In this document: piece after piece, positions 49,773 to 61,400 of the stretch
How the letters are laid out: every line of letters begins with the position of its first letter
How positions within the stretch are numbered: the stretch's first letter is position 1
Notes under the pieces: generated by a model
Database searches by the model: none
What the model was told of the DNA's origin: nothing
What the model saw: the letters and a program-made list of their open reading frames with translations, nothing else
Translations under genes and position numbers: made by a program
Source: Eutreptiella sp. 'Long Island Sound 2002'
Lineage: Eukaryota > Protista > Euglenida
Direction of reading: 5' to 3'
Assembly: GCA_964036045.1 (NCBI GenBank)
Contig: OZ038378.1
Span: 28,148,001 to 28,212,000, forward strand
DNA: 64,000 bases

Positions 49773-51020
49773 TTGATTACTCGGGACGGGGGCAACAGGT
49801 ACCGCAATGAGGTCGAGGAGCCACGGGCATGGACTATGGCGGTGGCATACGTTGTGTCTCGCCTAAAAATCATGAGGAAGTACGAAGACAATAAGGGCAC
49901 CAACCATACAACCGTTGGTTTGGCTTGGAGGCGCCGCCACATGTTTGTTGTTAATAGTGACGATCACGAAGGACACCATTGGTTTCCTTGTGCCATTGAC
50001 GGCAGAGTCCCAATATGGGGCTTCAAAGTCCACATTTGGGAGCCACTTTCTAGTAATTCCTGGGTCCGGCCAATGTTGAAACGCCTCTAGTCAAAGGGTG
50101 TTGCCGCACATGCTCGGGCTTTGGGTTTTCAAGAGGATGGTTGGTCACGTGGCTATCAATCGCTGCATCTTTGCGATGAGGTGGCTGGCCATAGGGGAAG
50201 CCTGCACGACGTTGCTGTTACACCTTTGCCAAAAGGATTCATCAAGGAAGCAGTGCGCATCATCAATGGAGATCGCTCCGCCCAAGTCCCTGGCACCATC
50301 CCAGAGAATGGGTGGGAGGGGGAGGTGATTTGCTCGGAGCATGGAGAATCTCCTCCTCCCCCAGCCTCCAACCCTAAGTCCCTGCCCCAATGGACTTCCC
50401 CCCTCCCTTTTGATGAAGAGGATCCTCTTTCAGAACCCAAGGGCAACGGCAAGGGCTCCTCGGAGCCAACAATTGGAGAATCTCCTACCTCCCCGGCCTC
50501 CGACTCCGAGGATGTGCCCCAAGATGGGAAGTTAGTGAACGGCAATGTTAAGGCCCCTCCATAGACCCTTGCGTCCACTTCCTCTTCTAACCCCCCGGCA
50601 AGTGATGATGCCCATCTATACGTGTTCATCCGTGGGAAGCTTGTTGAGGCGCCCAAGGTGTACCAAAAGGGCGCCGAGCATCAGTTGGTGAACGGCCAGC
50701 GATTTATTCAGTTATTCGAGAGCCGGAAGAGTTGCTTGCGAAGGATATCCGTGACGCTTGTGCGCGGAACACCAATCCGCGTGCAAAGTGGAAGGCATCG
50801 GACACAAGGGCTACTTCTATCTACAAGCGTGTGTTCGGCGAGTACTTGTAGTTGGCCCCACGCCATTATGGTTGCATGCGAAGAATGTAGTTGGCCCGAG
50901 GTGACCGGACTCAGGTGGTGTCGCTGGCTTGAGCCTCGTAGCCGGTGGCACCGGTAGCCATATAGTCATTTTGATACACGTTGCCAAAGGCCGAAGGGCA
51001 AATGGCATTTTTTGTTTGCA
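49773..51020 (+). pseudogene. Ulp1/C48-type cysteine protease + PHD finger, one frame with three TAG stops
   Basis: VVNSDDHEGHHWF..ID..V.IWEPL and GFQEDGWSRGY (Q.DG.SCG with Cys to Arg, TGT to CGT). The C-terminus has MVACEEC...YSHF..RC..PKGKW, an ING-type PHD pattern. Confidence 0.75.
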
Positions 51021-54000
51021 GTCATGATGAGTGTGCCACACGTTGTTTCCGCCATCTGCCGGCAATGAGTGTAAATACCACCCTTCACGACACGCTCCAT
51101 TGCTTTACCCGTGCCGGAGGTACCCAAACTGTCCGTGGGGGCTATATGCTTCACCTCCTCCGGTAGCAATGGCGCTTGTTGGGTGGTTCTGGTGTCCCAC
51201 CCCCCCCCCCCGCGCCTCTTTTATTGGAAAAAAGGGTTTTTTTCCCCATTTGTGATTGACGCCAAAAAAAAGTTTACGCGACTTATAGCAAAAAACAAAA
51301 ACAATAAATTCCCATCGAAAAAGAACGCGACCTGCGCCAAAAAAAGTTATGCGAATTACGCCAATAAAAAGCGAGTTATTCTTATTTCCACAATCGAGCT
51401 ACACTTTCCACAAAAACAATCTAGGGTACGAAAACGAGGACCACTGCCTTCCCGCCCCTGGAAGTTAGCGGGAAGTGTATTGGCCAAATAGGTGAAATGA
51501 GGAAAAATGGGGGGAAATGGGGACTGTTGGAGAAAAATTTTGGTTTTTTGTTGAAAAAATGGGGGCAACTCTGCATGAGCAGCACAAAAAACGTATGTTT
51601 TGTATACCACGAGGGGGAGGGTGGTGGTGGTACCGAGCCAAGTATTTGAGGAAAAATGGGGGACAATGGGGGGAAATGAGGGGAAATGGGAGACAAATGC
51701 GTGTAGCTGGTGAGTGAATGACCCATCACCGCTTGTGGTGTGGACAGCTATGATCACACTCATATGCGGGCATAGTGCGAACACTCCTCGGTGGGGCATC
51801 GAGGTCCCCAAGAGTAGATGCACTCTATATGGCAAAGTCATAATAATACTACTGATACTGCAACATGTTCTACCATTTCCTGAATTTACCTTTTTTTGAT
51901 TTTTTTGGGGTCAATGGACTACACAGGGGGGTTGTCTTCTCAGTTTCGGTACGCGACCCCCCCCCCCCCCCACCGCCCTCCGGCCCCACTTAGGTACCAA
52001 GGGTCAATAGCTACCGGCCATACATATGGTGGCGCCGAAGGCACCCGAAATTTTTTTTCATTTCCCTTGCCCACGTAGCACCCCTTGCCGCCGAAGCGGT
52101 GGAGCACCCCAACACCATCCTTGAACCCAACCTTGACTCTAACGCCGACCCCAACCGTTAGAACCCTACACCTAACCCTACCCCTGACCCTACCAGGATT
52201 GAGTATTGGGACCGATCTGGTGGGGGAAGGAGTAGACTTTAACGACAAAAGAGGTACTCAAGGGAAAGTGGAAAAGAGCGGCTCAAATGGGGCTCAAAAT
52301 GAGCCGTATTCATCCGTTTGGGCACCACAACTGGACGGGGATCGTGTTTCGAAAACCATGGTTTTGACCCACTTTTGAGCCATTTGTGGTCCCAAAGTGG
52401 CCCAATTTCAAGGCCCTTTCAGCCTTAAAAGGGGCCAAAGTTGCTCAACATTGGCTCAAAATGGACTCATTCCACTTGTTTGTGCACCCCAAATAGTCCA
52501 AAGGTATGTTTGGAAAAACATGTTTTGCTCCATTTTTGACTGATTTTTTGTCTCAAAAAAGCTCGTTTTCAAGGCATTTTGTGATTGTGGAGTGGCCAAA
52601 ATCGCTTGCAATGGGCACACAATGGGATCATTTCACTTGTTTGTGCACCCGAAATGGTGTAGGATCATTTTTGGAAAAACACTTTTTTGATCCATTTGTC
52701 ACCGATTTTTGACCCATCTTATGTCGCAAAGCAACCCATTTTCAAGGCTTTTGGTGACTTTCGAGGGGCCGAAATCGCTTGCAGTGGGCTCAAAATGGAC
52801 TCATTTCATTTGTTTGTGCACCCCAAATGGTCTAGAATCATGTTTGGAAAAACCCGTTTTGTACCCATTTTTTGGCCCATTTTTTATCCCAAAACAGCCC
52901 AATTGCAAGGCTTTTGGGGATTTTAGGAGGGGCACAATGGGCCACGATGAGCTCAAAACGTGCCAAAAACACTTGTTTGGGCATTCCATGTGGTCCACAA
53001 TCCCCTTTGAAAAAACTCATTATTTTTTTTGCACCCGGTGCACCTTGTTGACCCATTTTGGCACCCACCTCTTTGGGTTACCTCTTGCAGCTTGCCGCAG
53101 CCCACTGGGCCTAGGTACGGGGGTCTAGGCGTCGGCCGGGGCAATTTTCAGGGGTGGAAATCACCAAAAGTGGGTGGTTGCGGCTGGATTATTTGCGCCT
53201 GAAATCGTGTTTGGAGCCACGTAGCCCAAGATATGGTCTGTTTTTGGTTTGGGGGTGTCGGCGGCCAATATGCACCCATTTTGGGGCCTTTGGGGGCCTG
53301 GGGGGGGGGGGGGTTCGCGGACATAGTGTGGAGTTAGAGGGCCCTAGAGCGCCATTCGGCAAAAGGAAGTCTAGCTGCATGTGTAGAGTTGCCACTATTT
53401 CCCTTCATTTGGCCGTTTTCAGCGGGTTCTAGGGCGGGTTTTGGCAAAAAAAAAGTCTGATTTTGGCCACGAATTCCGGTTTTTGAAATCCAGGTCCGGC
53501 ACTTGTAACGCCCGTCCCTGGCCGCCAACGTTGGTTTTTGGAAAACACATTTTTTGTCCCCAAACCACCCAACTTCAAGGCAATTTACGATTCTAGGAGG
53601 GCCAAAACGGGCCACCACGAGCTCAAAACGCGCCAAAAACACTTCTTGGGCATTCCATGTGGTCCAAGATCATTTTTTAAAAGAATTTTTTTTTGCACCC
53701 AAAGTGCCGTGTTGACCCATTTTGGCACCCGCCTCTTTGGGCTACCGCTCGCAGCTTGCCGCAGCGCACCGGGCCTAGGTACGGGGGTCTAGGCATCGGT
53801 TAGAGCAATTTTGAGGGGTGGAAGCCACCAAAAGTGGGTTCTTGCCGGTGGATTAGGTGCGCTCGAAATCGTGTTTGGAGCCATGTAGCCGAAGATATGG
53901 TCTGTTTTTGGTTTGGGGCTGTTGGCGGCCAATGTGCACACATTTTGGGGTATTAGGGGGCTTTCTGGGGGGCTTTTCGCGGACATGTTTTGGAGTTAGA

Positions 54001-56879
54001 GGGCCCTAGAGGGCTCTTCCGCACGGGGAAGTCTAGTTGCGTGTGTAGAGTAGCCACTATTTCCCTTCATTTGGCCGTTTTCAACGTGTTCCGGGGCGGT
54101 TTTGGGCAAAATAAAAAGGCTGTTTTATCCCCAAATTGCAGATTTTGTAATGGAGGTCCAGGACTTGCCATGCCGGTTCCCAACCGCCACCGTTGAGTTT
54201 CTAGCTCATACTTTCCGTGGTTGTCCCTCACACCCGTAGGTAGCATCCCCCAAAATTTTGCGCGTGCTTGCTTGCTTGCTTGCTTGCTGCTTGCCAAATT
54301 TGCTCGGTGCACCCCAGACACTAAAGAGGGTTTTAAAACCCAGACTGGGTCTGCTAGCTCAGTGAACCCTAACCCTAACCAGGATTGAATATTGGGACCG
54401 TACTGGTGGCGCACGAACATCATGAAAGAGACTTCAACAGCAAATGAGGTATGCACTGGAAAGTGGATGAGAGCGGTTAAAAAGGGGCTCAAAATGAGCC
54501 GTGTTTATCCGTTTGGGCACCACAACTGGACCAGGATCCCTTTTGGAAAACCATGGTTTAGACCTGTTTTTGAGCCATTTGTGGTCCCCAGTTGGCCCAT
54601 GTTCAAGATTTTTCGGCCCTGAGAAGGGCCGAAATTGCTCAACATGGGCTCAAAATGGACTCATTCTACTTGTTTGTGCACCCCAAACAGTCCAAAAGTT
54701 TCTCTCGAAAAACACATTTTTATTTTTGATCCATTTTTGACTGATTTTTTTGTCCCCAAAACAACCCATTTTCAAGACATTTTGTGACTATGGAATGGCC
54801 AAAATGGCTTGCAATGGGCTCAAAAAAGGGGCTCATTTCACTTGTTTGTGCACCCCAAACGGTCTAGGATCATTTTTGAAAAAACACATTTTTGACCTAT
54901 TTTTGACCCATTTTTGGTTGCAAAATTGCCCATTTTCAAGGCATTTTATGACCGTGGAGCAGCCAAAATGGACTGCGACAGGCTCATTTCATTTGTTTGT
55001 GCACCCCAAATGGTCTAGGATTATTTTTGGAAAAACACATTTTTGACCCATTTTTTGTCGCAAAACAACCCATGTTCAAGGCATTTTGGAATTTTAGGAG
55101 AGCCAAAAGGGGCCACCAGGAGTTCAAAACGGGCCAAAAACACTTGCTTCGGCCTTCCATGTGGTCCACGATCCTTTTTGAAAAAAGTGGTTTTTTTTTT
55201 CACCCGGTGCACCTTGTCGACCCATTTTGGCACCCACCTTTTTGGGTCGCCTCTTGCAGCTTGCCGCAGCCCACTAGGCCTAGGTACGGGGTCTAAGTGT
55301 CGGTTAGGGCAATTTTGAGGAGTGGAAACAACCAAACGTGGGTGCTTGTGGCTGAATTTGGTGCACTCGAAATGGTGCTTTGAGCCACGTATCCCAAAAT
55401 ACGGTCTGTTTTTGATTTGAAGCTGTGGGCGGCCAATGTGCACAATTCTTTGGGTCCTTGGGCGTGTTGTGGGAGCAGTTTGCTGACATAGTGTGGAGTT
55501 AAAAGGCTCTAGTGGTCCCTTCGGCACGGGGAAGTCTAGCTGAATGTGTAGGGTAGCCACTGTTTCCCTTCATTTGGCCCTTTTTATCAGGTTTTAGGGC
55601 GGGTTTTGGGCAAAAAAATCTGGCTTTGGCCCTAAATGGCACATTTTGAAATCAAGGGCCGGCACTTGCGACGCCTGCTCCCGGCCGCCACCGTTGACTT
55701 TTTGGCTCATACTTTGTGTGGTTGTCCCTCACACCCGTAGGTACCATCCACCCACATTGTGGCCGAATCTGAAGCGCCCCCATGGACCTCTGATTTTTGC
55801 CCCTTTCGTGCGTGCTTGCTGCTTGCTTGCTTGCTTGCTTGTTGCTAAACCTGTTAGGTCCAGCCTAGACACTAAATAGGGTCGTAAACCCAAGACTGGT
55901 TCCACCAGCTCGATACCCCTAACCCTAGCCCTAATCCCAGCCCTATACCTAGCCCTCGCTCTCACCCTAGGCCTGGGTTAGAGTAATTGTTGGGGTCCAA
56001 AGTGGAGAGCAATGATTTCGCAAAAGCAACCATGAAGGAAATTTGGTGGATGATAATGAGCCCAATTAACATCGCTCGCATGGCCAAACCAACTGGCTGC
56101 AAAGGTTAGGGTTAGGTTTATGGTGATGGTATGGTTAGAATGAGGGCAAGGGGAGGTAAGCGAAGCGTGCCCCCCCCCCCCCCCCCCCCACACCCACCCA
56201 CCACCCCTTGCGGTGGTTCCCCAGCGTAGAGGCGCGCTGGGTTTTGCCAATAGAAGGCGGCTTGCCTTTCCTGGAACGACACACACGTTCCACCAACCCC
56301 CCCCCCCCCCCCGCAACCAAAGAGCGCACACAACACCAAAGGCCCTCCGGGGGCGAGAGTCGGGACCCTCCCCCTGCGCCCGGGCCATGAAATGACATGG
56401 CCCCGGAAACGGTGCCTCATTAGGTCAAGTTAGCGACCACCCCTACTCCTGGCCAAAAGCCTTTGGATAGGCCAACCCCCCCCCCCCCCCCCCCAGCAGC
56501 GGGATACCGGCATCCCACTAGTGTGGCGTTGGGGGGTTGCTAGAAGCCCGTGGTGAGGTGTCCTCATTTGCCTTGCTTCCCACGCTAAGCACCCACCGGA
56601 CGCTAACAACGTCTTGGTGAGGCGCTGGTGGCGGTACAGGGACGCCAAGAGCCTATGGTGAGGTGTCCCTGCAGCCTTTGCCCTCCCCTATGTAGTCTCG
56701 AACTACGCCTCATCACGGCCTCACACTGCGCCCCTGCATAGTCCCACGCTATGCTCCGGCACAGTCCCACGCTGCGGTTTAGTGCGGACAACCTGCTGTG
56801 CCCCTGTGCAGCCCCATGTTGTGCCTTTGCGTAGCTGCACACTGAGCCCCATAGTGTGCCACATTGCGGCCCCACTCTA

Positions 56880-58468
56880 GGATCCTGTTAGAAACGCAAT
56901 GGTGGTCTATTAGAACGTCGTTCTAATTCGAACAATTAGAACACTTTTCGGTCAGACCACCTCCTTGTTCTAACGGGTTAGAACATCGTTAGAGCACCTT
57001 GTGTCCATTCACCTCGGGTTGTTTTTGTATGCCCTCTCCCATTGATGACCTAACTACCCACCTCGTGGTGGGACCGGTTTGCAGGATGATCGCGTTTGGG
57101 AGCTGTTGGGGCAGTGGGCCTCGTTGTCCCTGGGGGCCCACCACCGGAACGCAACACTGCAACGCAATGGTGCAATTGTTGGTTTATTCGTGTTCAAACC
57201 AAAGTGTTCTGATCGTGTTCTAGCGCTTTTTGCCTCGTTCGTTAGAACGTCATTAGAACGGTCCAGTTAGACCATGATTAGAACGAGTTGCACCGTTTTC
57301 GTTGCAGGCCTTTCAAGGCATCATTGACCACGACACAATCCACTGGGGTCGTGAAGGTGATGTTGCAGCTACGCTTCGGTTTGGTGGCCACACGCCTTTC
57401 AACCGGCGTGTGGCAGGGGTATCTCCGGCCCCTCAAGTGGCCTCCCTCTTCAATGAGCGAGTTTGGCGCAAGGACACCGGGACGTGGAGTGGCTTGGAGG
57501 TGCGCCAGACCATGGCACGGGATCGGGCACACCACACATGCTTCTTGGCTTGTGGCAAGTCATTGCCGTGTGCCAGTTGTAGTGTGACCCCGCTCCTTGT
57601 GATGCCCCGGCAGTTGGTGACGCCGTGCATTTTGCATTGCACCATGGCGATTGGTCGCCTGCTGTAGGTCGTCATTAAGGCGCTATCCTATGCGGACAAG
57701 ATCCGCCTAGAGGGCGACCTTGCGGACCATAAGACAGGATGCTTCATCTTCCACTCTCGGAGTCTGGACGCGTGCCGTAATGAGGAGGCGGAGGCCTACC
57801 TCTGTTTGGCGGGGTTGGGGAATAGGGATGACCGGGACGACGGGGGCATCGCGGATGAGGGTGGGGATGGGGATGGGGACAAAGGTGGGGATGGGGGAGA
57901 GCCCCGTGCCACCAGCCCAACGACTCCGGACATGGAGTCATACGGCGTCCCCCAAGGGGCAGGGGAGGGGCAGGCTCCAGGGCAGGGGCAAGTTCCAGGG
58001 CAGGGGCCAGGGCAGGGGCAAGGGCAGGGGAGTGGGAGTAGCCCCGGGGCGCCTATTGGGCCCCCCGAGCACACGGGCTTTTCATTGAACCGGTGGCAGC
58101 ACCTGTGACTCGCTTTCAATGAAGAAAAAGTACTAAATGTTTGGTGCTGTGTGCCTTCGCCAAATGTGCTCTAATCATATGCTAATAAAACACTTCCAAC
58201 GGCGTTCTAACGGCGGCGATCCAAAAAGCACTAAAACAAAGTTAGAACAAAAAATGGTTTCTACCCGAAAAGTGAGAAAAATTGATTGTTTCGAAAAAAA
58301 AGTCATTCTGAACCTCGTAGCAACTATTTTCGGCCTCCGACCCCCCCCCAAAAAAACTCGGGGAACACCCCCAGGTGTACACACGCGGATAATCGGAGAG
58401 TTCTAATTGTTGTAATTAGACCGTTAGAACAGAATGGTTAGACCACCGTTGGGTTTGTAGCAGTTCGC
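56880..58468 (+). mobile_element. TIR element nested in the GC-rich satellite, flanked by CTAG on both sides
   Basis: Terminal 28-mers match 20/28 as inverted repeats, and there are many GTTAGAAC/GTTCTAA subterminal motifs. The target duplication is TA, TAG or CTAG (ambiguous). Confidence 0.8.
57302..58108 (+). pseudogene. Transposase-like ORF remnant with one in-frame TAG (57665-57667)
   Basis: LVTPCILHCTMAIGRLL resembles the LH-containing motif of Transib/Chapaev/RAG1-like transposases. It lies inside TIRs. Confidence 0.35.
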
Positions 58469-58471
58469 TAG

Positions 58472-61400
58472 GGCACATAGCGCCTTTGCGCAGTCCCATG
58501 CTGCGCCCCAGCCCAGCCGCCTGCTGTGCCCTTGCGCAGCCGCGCTCCGTGACCCTGCGCGGCATCACACCGCTGCCCTGTACCTGCGCAGCCCCGCGCA
58601 GCGCCCCGCGCAGCCGCTTGTTGCACCCCTGCACACTCCTCCACTGCGCACTTGTGCAGCCATGCGCCACGCTCTTGCGCACCCCCAAAATGAGGCCCTC
58701 GCTAGGCCCCTGCGAAGCCCCGCGTTGCACCCTTGCGAAGCCCGACGTTGCGTCCCAGCGTAGCCCCATGTTGCACGCCTGTGTTGCCCCATGCTACGCC
58801 CAGGCGGAGCCACACGCTGCGCCCCTGCGCGGCCATCCGCCGCGCTCTTACGCCGCCCCACGGTTGCGCCCCTTGCTCCGCCCCTGCAAAGGCCTGCACC
58901 GCACCCCTAGGTAGCTCCACACTGTGCCCCAGCGCAGATCCGAACCGCACTTTTGTGCAGCCCCATGCTGCGCCCGTGTGCAGCCACACACTACCCCCCT
59001 GCTCAGCCCTATGCCGTGCCTTTGTCCCTGCGCAGCCCCGCACAGCGCCCCAGCGCAACCGCGCGCTGTGCCCTTGCACATTTCCAGACTGCGCGCCTGT
59101 GCAGCCATACGCCGTGCTCCTGTATTCCCCCACACTGCTCCGTAGCGTAGCCGCCTAATGCACCCCTGTGCAGCCCCATGCTGGGCTCGTGCGCAGCTTC
59201 ACGCTGCGCCCCTACGCCCCCCCATGCCACGTCCCTGTCCCTGCGCAGTCTTGCGCAGCAATGCTACACAGCCCCACAATGTCCCCGTGCGCAGCTGCCT
59301 GCTGCTCCTTTTGGCGGCCCCATGCTGCGCCCGTGCGCATCCACACATTGTGCCCTTGCACAGTCCCATGCGGTGCCCCTAGCCTTGCGCAGCCCCGCAC
59401 AGCCCCCGAGCTCAGCCGCCTGCTGTGCCCCTGCACAGTCGCAGACCGCGCCCCTGTGCAGCCATACACCGTGCTGCAACGTACCCCCACATAGCGCCCT
59501 AGCGCAGCTGCCTAATGCACCCTTGTGCAGCCCCATGTTGTGCCCCTGCGCAGCTACATGGTGTGCCCCTACACAGCCTACTGCCGCGCCCCTGTCCCTG
59601 CGCGGTCCCCCACGGCGCCCTTGCGCCCCACAGTGTGTCCTAGTGCAGCTGCGTGCTGCACCCCTGTTCAGCCCCATGCTGTGCCCGTGCGTAGCCACAC
59701 GATGTGCCCCTGCACAGCCCCATGCTGCGCCGCTGTCTCTGCGCAGCCCCCCACCACCTCCAGCGCAGTCCTGCAGTGCGCCCCTACGCAGCCATATGCC
59801 CCACTCCTGTGGGGGCCCACGCCGCGCCCCTTGTTGCGCTCCACCGCAGCCGCCTGCTGCAGCCTTGCGCATCCCCGCACTGCGCCACTGCGCAGCCCTG
59901 CAGTGCGCCCTTGCGCAGCCCCATGCAGCGCCCCAGCAAAGTCCCCCTCTGCGCCCTTGCGCAGCCATACGACGTGCCCCTGCGCGGCCCCACAATGTGC
60001 CCTTTGTTGTGCCCTTGTGCAACCCCACACTGCACCCTTGCGCCGCTCCACACCGTGCCCCTGTGCCTTCGCAGCCCCACGCCGCGCCCCTGTCCCTGTA
60101 CAGCCCCGCGCCTTGCCCCAAGGCTGCCACTTGCTGCACCCCTGCACAATCCCGCACGGCGCCCCTGCGCAGCCATATGCTGCACCCCTGCACCGCCTCA
60201 AGTAGGTTCTCCAGCATCGCTAAAAACCACGCCGCATTGCCGTTGGTAACGCCCATGGGTGTCACCTCCCAGGAGGGGTCCAAGTGGGGTGCTCATGGCT
60301 GTGCAGGCTGTGCAGGACTCATTGGCGAAAGGTATCTGGCGGTAGCCATGTTTCAGGTCGATCACCGTGACGATCCTCGGCTTTAACTGTTTTGCAGCAT
60401 GTCCTCGTTGAGGCAACCTGTAGCTGTCATGCCCCTTGGTGCGCCCCTGCGAAGCCCCTCACTTCACCCTTGCGCAGCCCCACGCTGCGCCCGTGCACAG
60501 CCCCGCACTACGCCCCTACGCAGCCCCACACTGTGCCCCATTGCGGCTCCTCATGGTGCGCCCCTGCGCTAGGCCACGCCGCACCCCTGTTCCTGCGCAG
60601 ACCTGCACTATGCCGTAGCGCAGCCACACACGTTACGTCCCTCGGTAGCCCCGCAGTGCGCCCCTACGCAGCCCCACATGGCCCCCTTGCGCGGCCTCGC
60701 GCCGCGCTCCTGTGCCACCCTGCATTACGCCCCAGCGTGGCCGCGCACTGCGCCCTTGCGCAGCCATACGGCGTGCTCATGCGCCCCCCCACGCTACACC
60801 CGGGCACCGCCCCACGGTGCGCCCCTGTGCAGCCACACACTGCATCCTTGCGCTAACCCGTGCTCCGCCCGTGTGCAGCCACACGCTTCGCCCTTGCCGC
60901 TTTGCGTTGCACCCTTGCGCAGCCCCACGGTACACCCCTGCGCAGCCCCACACTTTGCCCTGTGCAGCCACACGCTGCACCCTTGTGCGTCCCAGTGCTG
61001 CGCCTCTTGGCCGCCTTACGGTGTGCCCTTTCTCAGGCCCACGCCGCGCCCCTGTCCATGCGCAGCCGCGCACTGCGCCCCAGCGTAGCCACACACGTTG
61101 CGCCCCTGCACAACCCCGCACTGCGCTTTTGCACGGCCTCGCGCCGCGCTCTTGCGCGGCCACGCACTGCGCCCCTGCTCAGCCATATGCCGTGCTCCTA
61201 CGCGGCCCCACACTACACCCTTACGTTGCGCCACGCTGCGCCCTTGCCCAGCCCCACACTGTGCCTGTGTCAAGCCTCACATTGCGTCCCTACGCCGCCC
61301 CACGCTGTGCCCCTAGGTAGCCACACGCTGCACCCTTGCGCAAACCCGTACTGTGCCCTTGTGAAGCCACACACTACGCCCTTGCGCCGCCTCGCGCTAC

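Larger units (their letters stand above)
48090..51420. mobile_element. Putative transposon bounded by inverted A-tract-rich subterminal arrays (48090-48420 and 51230-51420)
   Basis: GTGTAGGTCG/GTGTAGCTCG motifs on the left recur as CGAGCTACAC/CGCGACCTGCGC on the right. Exact termini and TSD were not found. Confidence 0.45.

Noticed and set aside
52200-56420. Many 60-180 aa ORFs in the T/A-tract repeat family (also 18460-19330, 22963-24450, 42715-43100)
   Set aside because: Copies differ by frame-breaking indels, so it is non-coding repeat.
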